Below are positions 1 to 6,521 of a stretch of 19,473 bases of DNA, one piece after another. A program made the translations under genes and the position numbers. Below the pieces are notes generated by a model. That model saw only the letters and a program-made list of their open reading frames with translations. It searched no databases and was not told the DNA's origin. Location of the stretch: contig JAUSHA010000029.1 in the NCBI GenBank assembly GCA_030648815.1, positions 1 through 19,473 of the forward strand. Reading direction: 5' to 3'. This stretch comes from a bacterium. Lineage in GTDB: Bacteria > Patescibacteriota > Minisyncoccia > Minisyncoccales > MHMH01. How positions within the stretch are numbered: the stretch's first letter is position 1; every line of letters begins with the position of its first letter.

Positions 1-1284
1 ATCTTTAATATCTATTTCTTCGAGAGTGACGCCTAAAGCTTCGCACAGTTTAATCGCATTATTTTTGGTGCGATCAGATGTGCCAAATCCGGGCATAGTC
101 AGGGCAATGATGTTTTTTCTGTCCCAGCCCAGCAGATCAAAAGTTTTTACCGCAGTAAGCAAAGCCAAGGCTGAGTCTAGACCGCCGGAAATGCCGATAA
201 GAAGTTTGCCGGCTGATCCGGTTTCCAATCTCTTGGCCAAGGCCGCCGTCTGGTCTGAAAAAATTTCTTGACATACATTATCTCTCTGCGATGGATCCAA
301 AGGTATAAAAGGATGCGCCGGCACCGCTCTTTTAAGCGGACTGCCAGTCGGTTCCGGCAAATCAAACTCCACCATCCTGAATTTTTTATTTCCCAACTCT
401 TGAGTATTATCGCCAAAACTTGTTATCTGTCTGCGGTCAAAAAGCAGTCTTTCAAAATCAATATCTTGAAAAACGAGCTGGCTTGATCTTGAAAACCTTT
501 CCGATTCGGCCAAGATTGCGCCGTTTTCGGCAATAATGCCGTGGCCGTCAAAAATTACATCAGTGGTTGATTCTCCGACGCCGCACGAACAGTAGGCATA
601 TGCTGATATGCACTTAGCTGATTGGCTCGAAACTAAGCTCCTCCGGTAATCCGCCTTGCCGATAATTGAATTGCTGGCCGAAAGATTCAAATGCAATGTC
701 GCGCCGGCCAAGGACTGATAAGCGCTTGGCGGAATAGGCACCCAAAGATCTTCGCAAATTTCCACGCCAACAACCATTTGCGGAAAATTAGCCGCCTTGA
801 AAAGAATATCCGTTCCAATCGGCACTGTCTTCCCAAAAAGTTTAATCCTTCTGGATCTAAGATTTTTTGCCGGAGAAAACCATCTTCTTTCATAAAATTC
901 TTTGTAAGTCGGTATGTAGCTCTTGGGCACAATCCCAAGAATCTTGCCTTGATGCATCATCACGCCGCAGTTGAACAACTGATTGTCGCAAATAATGGGC
1001 GCTCCGACAGCTATCAGTATTTCACAGTCTTTCGTTTCATTAAGAATTCTGCCCAACGCCTTTTGCGACGCTTCCAGTAAAACTTCCTGCTGAAAAAGAT
1101 CAGCTGCCGTATAGCTTGTCAGGCACAATTCCGGAAGCAACAAAACATCAACGTTGTTATTTTTAGCTTCCTCTATCAGCAAACAAATCTCTGTCGCGTT
1201 AAACTTAGGATCAGCCACCTTAACTTTCGGTATGGCTAAAGCCACTCTGGCGAAACTAAAATCTCGAGGCTTGTAACTTTTCAT
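1..1284 (-). CDS. nadE: Glutamine-dependent NAD+ synthetase, 5' part: CN-hydrolase/glutaminase domain plus the start of the PP-loop synthetase domain. The 3' end lies beyond the window.
   Basis: Absent from the ORF track because it has no stop in the window. My minus-strand translation from ATG 1284..1282 is open for all 428 codons: MKSYKPRDFSFARVALAIPKVKVADPKFN...DVLLLPELCLTSYT...VVGVEICEDLWVP...KLLIGISGGLDSALALL...LTMPGFGTSDRTKNNA. It shows nitrilase-type E/K/C context (PEL, EICED) followed by the SGGxDS PP-loop. An AAAGGAG SD lies just upstream of the ATG. Confidence 0.9.
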   Translation of the reverse strand, partial: MKSYKPRDFSFARVALAIPKVKVADPKFNATEICLLIEEAKNNNVDVLLLPELCLTSYTAADLFQQEVLLEASQKALGRILNETKDCEILIAVGAPIICDNQLFNCGVMMHQGKILGIVPKSYIPTYKEFYERRWFSPAKNLRSRRIKLFGKTVPIGTDILFKAANFPQMVVGVEICEDLWVPIPPSAYQSLAGATLHLNLSASNSIIGKADYRRSLVSSQSAKCISAYAYCSCGVGESTTDVIFDGHGIIAENGAILAESERFSRSSQLVFQDIDFERLLFDRRQITSFGDNTQELGNKKFRMVEFDLPEPTGSPLKRAVPAHPFIPLDPSQRDNVCQEIFSDQTAALAKRLETGSAGKLLIGISGGLDSALALLTAVKTFDLLGWDRKNIIALTMPGFGTSDRTKNNAIKLCEALGVTLEEIDIKD

Positions 1285-1324
1285 GTTTCTCCTTTTTCTA
1301 TTATCAAAGTACGGTCGAAAAATT

Positions 1325-1356
1325 ATAACAAAAAGCCCCGTTGTTGTCAACAGGGC
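1325..1356 (-). terminator. Rho-independent terminator closing the vWA/kinase cluster
   Basis: The minus strand reads GCCCTGTTG-ACAA-CAACGGGGC (9-bp stem with one G.U, 1335..1356), followed by TTTTGTTATAATTTTT. It starts 11 nt after the stop at 1367. The T-rich tail contains TATAAT, which could double as a -10 for nadE. Confidence 0.6.
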
Positions 1357-1366
1357 TTTTACATTT

Positions 1367-2230
1367 TTAAATCTTGGTTTGCTGGGTCTTCAGCAGGGTC
1401 GCTACCTCATTGGCCCGAGCTGCACCGCGAGTTGCGGCCAGACGAGCCAGATACTTATCAATATCGCCGAATTCCTTGGCGATGATGCCATGCACTACAT
1501 TGGTAAGCCGAAGGAAGTTGCTCCCCAATTCAATGAAATGATCATTCTCTTCCACCATTAATCTCTGCAGTCTTTTCATTGATACGTGTTCGCTGCAACC
1601 GATTACATAGAAAGCTTTGATTTTCTTTTTCAGGGCATCCAGCTCTATCTTCCAATCAACGCCATTCGGACACCCATTATCCCTCCCGGCATATCCTATT
1701 CCATGAGGAACGGAGTCAATCACGGCAAGCACAATTGTATTTGTATCTTGCAAATCCCATGTATTTATCTCCTTGATAGCGCACTCATATGCCTCGGGCT
1801 CGTCATCGCCGCCGGCATTCTCAATGCTATTCAGGTTATTTTTCAGGACTGCGGGATCGCCGGAAAAAGCTGTCGGCTGAAACCATAAACGCCCGTCGCA
1901 ATGATCGCTCACGCCCGTAAAGGAAAATTCTATCTTACCGGCTAATTCCGGAATAAGATCGACAATCTCTGCGCAGAGATATTCCGCCTTCTTTCTTAAA
2001 TTATCTATGTACTCCCTGGTACTTCCGCTTACATCCATTATCAGTAAGATATTCACTTTTCCCGTGGGTCGGGTAATCTTCACGACAACCGGACTCGCTT
2101 GAGCCGCTCTTCTTGTCGGTGGCGGGGTCGATCTTGCCGGTGGCGTGGACGGTGGCGCAGGCGTTGGTCGGAAAAATGACGATCCTCCGCCACTTGGTAC
2201 CCTCTTGTAGCTTTCGTCGCTGTAGCTCAT
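1367..2230 (-). CDS. von Willebrand factor A (vWA) domain protein with a Pro/Ser/Thr-rich N-terminal tail
   Basis: 287-aa ORF with ATG 2230 preceded by AAAGGAGGG. The ~45-aa low-complexity tail (RPTPAPPSTPPARSTPPPTRR) is followed by NILLIMDVSGST (DxSxS MIDAS motif). GGDDEPEAYECAI and IVLAVIDSVPHG follow in the alternating strand/helix pattern of a vWA fold. Confidence 0.8.
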   Translation of the reverse strand: MSYSDESYKRVPSGGGSSFFRPTPAPPSTPPARSTPPPTRRAAQASPVVVKITRPTGKVNILLIMDVSGSTREYIDNLRKKAEYLCAEIVDLIPELAGKIEFSFTGVSDHCDGRLWFQPTAFSGDPAVLKNNLNSIENAGGDDEPEAYECAIKEINTWDLQDTNTIVLAVIDSVPHGIGYAGRDNGCPNGVDWKIELDALKKKIKAFYVIGCSEHVSMKRLQRLMVEENDHFIELGSNFLRLTNVVHGIIAKEFGDIDKYLARLAATRGAARANEVATLLKTQQTKI

Positions 2231-2257
2231 TGGTCCCTCCTTTTTATTTTTTGCACC

Positions 2258-3079
2258 CTATGTTTGGTGCGGTTGCCAATCTTGATTTACATAATTGGTC
2301 CGGATCTTGAAAAAAATATCCTGCATCTCGCCGGCTGATTTATAACGTTCCAGCGGATTTAATTTCATCGCTTTCATTATAGCCGCCGATAACTGCGAAT
2401 GAATCGCAGAATCAATTTCATGCGGCGCTTTTAGATCTTTATCCGATTTCAATTTAATCGCTTCCAGCGGTAAAACATTAGTCAAGGCATAGTAAGCAGT
2501 GGCTCCCAAGCTATAAAAGTCGCTGGCTGGCGTACAACATTCTCCGCGATACTGCTCGGGCGAAGCGAAGTACTTAGTGTAAGAAATCTTACCTCCGCCT
2601 TCGTTTTCGGCCACAGTAACTTTATTTTTAGCTATTCCGAAGTCAACCAATACGGCTCGGTGCTCTCCCAAATTAAGAATGATATTTCCCGGCTTAATAT
2701 CACGATGGACGATGTCCATACGATGCAAATAAGCTAAGCCGGCCAATATCCGATCTAAAATCCAACAAATAGCATCTTCGCTGAACGGCTTTTTCAAATC
2801 AATAAAATCCTGCATTGACTTGCCTCTAATGTAATCCATCACCAGAAAATAATGCCCCTGATATATAAAGAAATCCTTAACTGCCGGGAAAGAAGAATGT
2901 CTGATATGCCGATAAAGTATTTTTGCTTCTTCCAGGAATTGCTTTTCCGCTTCCGGACCTTTTAGGATCAATTCTTTAATAACAACCTCTTCCTGCAAAA
3001 GGATATGCTTGCCTAAATATATCCTACCCATACCTCCTTCTTTAAATGGCTTATCAAACTCATATTGATATATTCTCAA
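2258..3079 (-). CDS. Hanks-type Ser/Thr protein kinase (kinase domain only)
   Basis: 273 aa with a Gly-rich loop EGGMGRIYLG, VVIKE (beta3 Lys), catalytic loop HRDIKPGNIIL, DFGIAK and SPEQ (APE-like). The start must be TTG at 3079, since there is no in-frame ATG upstream of the Gly loop. A GGGAGGTGA SD ~8 nt upstream overlaps the TGA stop of the upstream gene. Confidence 0.9.
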   Translation of the reverse strand: MRIYQYEFDKPFKEGGMGRIYLGKHILLQEEVVIKELILKGPEAEKQFLEEAKILYRHIRHSSFPAVKDFFIYQGHYFLVMDYIRGKSMQDFIDLKKPFSEDAICWILDRILAGLAYLHRMDIVHRDIKPGNIILNLGEHRAVLVDFGIAKNKVTVAENEGGGKISYTKYFASPEQYRGECCTPASDFYSLGATAYYALTNVLPLEAIKLKSDKDLKAPHEIDSAIHSQLSAAIMKAMKLNPLERYKSAGEMQDIFFKIRTNYVNQDWQPHQT

Positions 3080-3085
3080 AGTGCA

Positions 3086-3799
3086 TCACCTCCCTTCAAA
3101 TAATCGTTCGGCTAAAAAGACAGGCAGTCCAGCTTTCATTATTTTCTTAGCTGTCTTCTTAATATAGTAATCTATCCTAACCAGAGAAAATGTCAAACTG
3201 TCAGTATCCAGCAAGCCATAGCAAGCCGATGGATTCTTGTCTCTTGGTTGACCGACACTGCCGACATTTATGATATATCTCACGCTGTCTTTTAATTCTA
3301 CGCCGTCTTTAAACACGTCGCCATCGCTCGTAAAAATCGCAGGGTAATGCGAATGACCGACAAAACAAATCTTTTCCTGAAAACCGTTAAACTGACTTAA
3401 GGCTTCGATGGCGTTAAAAATATAATGGAATCTCCCTGGCTTAATGGGCGAGCCGTGAACCAACAGAATATCCGGCAATCTTACCGTAAAAGGCAGGCAA
3501 GCCAGATACTGCAGATTTTCCGATTTCAATAGAGCCTTCGTCCATAAAGCCGCTAGTTTGGCGGCCGGATTGAAATGCTCCAGCCATGAATCATCAACCA
3601 TCACATAATCGTGATTTCCGACGACAGTCTTAACGCCCATCTTTTTTATTCTTTCAACGCACTCATTCGGATTAGGGCCATAACCGACAATATCTCCCAG
3701 GCACAGAATTTCATCAACTCCATTTTTTTTAATGGATTTCAGAACACTCTTTAACGCTTCTAAATTTCCATGGATATCAGATATTACGGCGTAGCGCAT
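3086..3799 (-). CDS. Calcineurin-like metallophosphoesterase, a putative protein Ser/Thr phosphatase partner of the kinase
   Basis: 237 aa with the ordered metallophosphatase motifs DIHGN, GDIVGYGP, GNHD, GHSH and GSVGQPRD. A TAGGAGGG SD lies upstream of ATG 3799. Protein substrate specificity is inferred from context only. Confidence 0.85.
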   Translation of the reverse strand: MRYAVISDIHGNLEALKSVLKSIKKNGVDEILCLGDIVGYGPNPNECVERIKKMGVKTVVGNHDYVMVDDSWLEHFNPAAKLAALWTKALLKSENLQYLACLPFTVRLPDILLVHGSPIKPGRFHYIFNAIEALSQFNGFQEKICFVGHSHYPAIFTSDGDVFKDGVELKDSVRYIINVGSVGQPRDKNPSACYGLLDTDSLTFSLVRIDYYIKKTAKKIMKAGLPVFLAERLFEGR

Positions 3800-3821
3800 C
3801 TTTTCCCTCCTAAAAGAATTT

Positions 3822-3857
3822 AAAGGGACGCAATGGATTTTCCAAATGCGTCCCTTT
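3822..3857 (-). other. Strong stem-loop between the FHA and phosphatase genes (intra-cluster attenuator or RNA-stability element)
   Basis: AAAGGGACGCA (3822..3832) and TGCGTCCCTTT (3847..3857) form a perfect 11-bp stem with a 14-nt loop. It sits in the 62-nt gap between the stop at 3862 and the start at 3799. On the minus strand it is followed by AAATTCTTTT, which is not a clean U-tract. Confidence 0.45.
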
Positions 3858-3861
3858 CTTC

Positions 3862-4401
3862 TTAGACTACTTCAAAAATCACGTATCCCTCGCTGCCGCC
3901 AAAACGGAAACGAGAACCAACCAGAATCTCTTCTTCTTGATCTTTTAGAAGTTCCTTCCAATCAGTATTCTGCGGCTTAATCATTGTCTTAGCTCCGCCG
4001 ATGGCTCTAAGATACAGACGGCCCATTCTCCGGATGATAATCGCTTGCTTCCGGGAAACAGTATAGCCGACATCCTGGCCAATTTTCACTTTCTCGGCAA
4101 ACTTGGTCAGATCCACATCGGGTATTATGCCCTGGTCAAGATCTGTCCGGCCGATCGTAAATCCGAAATCATCTTTAGGAAGCTCGAATTCCCGGTCAAT
4201 AACATTACCTCCGACCACTAAACCGCAAGCCCTGCCAATAATACCGACTGCGCTCGCTGGAGTATGAGCTGCAGAAGAAGAAGCAATAATTGGAACACTT
4301 GCTCCCACTGTTACTTCTAACGGTTCACTGCAGACTTCGCACAAAATAGCTCCCGGCTTGTTATCTAAGCCGCAGTTATTGCACTTTATTTCTCCGGCCA
4401 T
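3862..4401 (-). CDS. Zinc-ribbon plus divergent FHA (phosphothreonine-binding) domain protein
   Basis: The N-terminus has CNNCG...CEVCS (CxxC-N14-CxxC), followed by an Ala/Ser linker. The C-terminus reads GFTIGR...VSRKQAIIIRRMGRLYLRAIG...ILVGSRFRFGG, matching the FHA G-R...S-R/H pattern but lacking the usual NGT. I prefer ATG 4401 (MAGEIKCNNCG) with an AAAGGAG SD 9 nt upstream. The track's start at 4425 is a TTG that overlaps the upstream gene by 23 nt. Confidence 0.65.
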   Translation of the reverse strand: MAGEIKCNNCGLDNKPGAILCEVCSEPLEVTVGASVPIIASSSAAHTPASAVGIIGRACGLVVGGNVIDREFELPKDDFGFTIGRTDLDQGIIPDVDLTKFAEKVKIGQDVGYTVSRKQAIIIRRMGRLYLRAIGGAKTMIKPQNTDWKELLKDQEEEILVGSRFRFGGSEGYVIFEVV

Positions 4402-4402
4402 T

Positions 4403-5614
4403 TTACTTAGCTCCTTTCTTGCCAATTATGCCCTTGTTGGCTTCAGTCACCGTGACCGTCCTTAGGGTTCTTTTGGCATCCTCATCACTCTTGGCTAAGG
4501 TCTCCACTTTTTTGGCCATACCAGTATTCCCGGACGTCGTAAAAAGAGTTTGGGCCCTATTGTATTGCCCGGATAGGGTCGCTTTTGTCCCCTCGGTATT
4601 CAAAACCGTATTCCTTACTGTCTTATCAACCGGCGAGATCAGCTTTTCATCGGCTGTAAAGTTGACAACCACATTCATGGATTTGACTCCTGCGCCAGCA
4701 ACGCCCTGCCAGCTTAACGCAATAGTGGCTATTTTAAAATCGCCAACTGCTTTCCCGGCGTGAACTTTAGTCTTGATAAGATATGCCTGTCCGCGGACAT
4801 CAAGCCCGGGGAATTCGTCCTTAACAATCTTACCGGAAACCGGTAAAGCTAACTGCTGGGGAACATATTTAAACGCTTCCAAAATTTCAACGACCGGCTC
4901 TGCCGTAATACCAATTCTCACATCAAGATCTTGAACGCTTTTTAGATTTTCCATTTCATCTTCCAGGCGAAGCCTCATGGCACCAACTTGCTTAACGTGC
5001 TCAAAATATGAGCCGTGGCCGGCAACTTCTGCCATATTTTTAAGAAATTTCTCGTTGTAATCAATGCCCGTGCCGAAAACGGCAAATGGAATTCCGAGCC
5101 TATTAGCTTGGCGCGCTAACTCAAGGCAAGCTCTTTCTTCAGCAGCAGCTGACGGAGCATTAACGTTGCCGTCAGTGAAAATGATAATTTTGGGCAAAGA
5201 TCCGTCCATTGGTTTTACATCTTCCAGAGTGTATCTTAGGGGGTTCGAGAGATTAGTACTGCCGCCGGTGCGTACACCATCAATCAGTTTTTTTATTGCG
5301 TTAATATCTCCCACAATCGTCGGATCAAGTATTACCTTCATGGTGTCGTCAAAAACTACGATGCAAAGACGGTCCTTGCCCTGGCGCAAAAGACTCAAAG
5401 ACTCATTTACCGCGGCCTTCAGCGCCTGGATCCTTGTCAGCCCTCCGTCGGCCGGCTCATCCATGGAACCGGAACGGTCCAAAATCTTCCTAAGATCGAG
5501 CGCAAGATCAGCCGATTGCTTTTGGCTGTCTCGCAGCAAGCGAAGTAAAAAAATTACTTCGGCCTCATCCGTGATGGGTAAATACCGCTGACCCAATGTT
5601 AGTTCAACCTGCAT
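4403..5614 (-). CDS. vWA domain protein with a C-terminal beta-rich extension
   Basis: 403 aa with KILDRSGSMDE (DxSxS MIDAS), GGSTNL (MIDAS Thr region) and KIIIFTDGNVN (MIDAS Asp strand). This is followed by a ~180-aa region of alternating beta-like segments and a Lys-rich tail. A GAAGGAGGTG SD lies 5 nt before ATG 5614. Confidence 0.85.
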   Translation of the reverse strand: MQVELTLGQRYLPITDEAEVIFLLRLLRDSQKQSADLALDLRKILDRSGSMDEPADGGLTRIQALKAAVNESLSLLRQGKDRLCIVVFDDTMKVILDPTIVGDINAIKKLIDGVRTGGSTNLSNPLRYTLEDVKPMDGSLPKIIIFTDGNVNAPSAAAEERACLELARQANRLGIPFAVFGTGIDYNEKFLKNMAEVAGHGSYFEHVKQVGAMRLRLEDEMENLKSVQDLDVRIGITAEPVVEILEAFKYVPQQLALPVSGKIVKDEFPGLDVRGQAYLIKTKVHAGKAVGDFKIATIALSWQGVAGAGVKSMNVVVNFTADEKLISPVDKTVRNTVLNTEGTKATLSGQYNRAQTLFTTSGNTGMAKKVETLAKSDEDAKRTLRTVTVTEANKGIIGKKGAK

Positions 5615-5653
5615 TTGGCACCTCCTTCTTTAATTGTCAAAAATCTCCTTTGA

Positions 5654-6286
5654 CTAAAAGACATTAACACACCGTCGAAGCATGTCAAGAACCGGGCAAA
5701 AATCGGATTCTTCTTTCAGGGCAATTTTATCTTCATCTAACACAATAACGCATTCTGAAAAAAAATTATTCCGGTATTCCGGCGACAAATAAATCTTCCT
5801 GAAAAACTTTCTAACTTTTTGCTTAGCCTTAGTTTCGTTATCATACTTTTCCAGAATATCTTCCATAATCTTGACGCCTTCTTCAAACGCCCGCAATTCT
5901 ATATATGGGCACTGCCTTTTGGCTGAAAGCCGCATAAACGGGCAATCAAGCCATTTTGTCAAATCTTCGTTCTCAAAAAAAATAATGTGGCCGAGCTCAT
6001 GGGCAAACTCAAATTCCTGACGAAATAAATCTGCTCTATCTTCCCCGGTCACCAAAAGCGTTTCCAAAGGAACCGAAATAATTTTCCAAAGGCGAGGTAT
6101 TCTCAATCTGCCTATTTCGTCAATCGTTAAGGGATTGATTACTCCCCACCAGCGAATGTTCGAAGAGGAATTGTGGGGAACGAAAAAAACATTCATTTTC
6201 ACGGCAAGCTCAATTAAGTCGGCAAAAATAAAATCCTTGTCTCTTAATCTGTCACGAGCAAATCTGTTAAACTGGCGATCATTCAT
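5654..6286 (-). CDS. Hypothetical protein with an HExxH zinc-metallopeptidase motif (ImmA/IrrE-like?)
   Basis: 210-aa ORF and first gene of the minus-strand cluster, with an AAAGGAG SD upstream of ATG 6286. The single FAHELGHIIFFE motif (HExxH) is followed by scattered Cys (CPF...CPY...C...C). I recognise no other family signature, so the CDS is likely real but its function is tentative. Confidence 0.5.
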   Translation of the reverse strand: MNDRQFNRFARDRLRDKDFIFADLIELAVKMNVFFVPHNSSSNIRWWGVINPLTIDEIGRLRIPRLWKIISVPLETLLVTGEDRADLFRQEFEFAHELGHIIFFENEDLTKWLDCPFMRLSAKRQCPYIELRAFEEGVKIMEDILEKYDNETKAKQKVRKFFRKIYLSPEYRNNFFSECVIVLDEDKIALKEESDFCPVLDMLRRCVNVF

Positions 6287-6521
6287 TTGTCAAAGAACTC
6301 CTTTCATAGGATAGAAAACATTAGCATTTCCTCATAAAAAAATCAATGTCTCAAAAACAATAATATAAAATCCTTACTATTCACAATATAATTTTAATGT
6401 GATAGCCTAATTTAGGTCAACGAGTTCGTTTAAAATTTAACTCGCCGAGGAGGAAAAAGAGAATGACTTAAAAAAAACGAGATGCCGCATTGGTTCTAAA
6501 AAAACAAAGGAGGTAATGCTT
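6287..6521. promoter_or_regulatory. Divergent AT-rich control region between the HExxH-vWA-FHA cluster and the MVP-like gene
   Basis: 235-bp non-coding gap between divergent starts. The candidate minus-strand promoter is TTGACC (6420..6415), an 18-nt spacer, then TAAAAT (6396..6391). An inverted repeat TCACA-N12-TGTGA (6381..6402) overlaps that -10. A GAGGAGGA SD followed by ATG-ACT-TAA (6463..6471) lies on the plus strand. The plus-strand promoter is not confidently placed; TTCACA-N17-TAGCCT at 6380..6408 is possible. Confidence 0.4.

Noticed and set aside
3086-3088. Possible alternative genetic code (TGA recoding), as seen in some candidate phyla.
   Set aside because: TGA terminates well-supported genes at sensible lengths (phosphatase stop 3088..3086; adaptor stop 18903..18901). 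I saw no in-frame TGA interrupting the conserved genes, so the standard code 11 fits.
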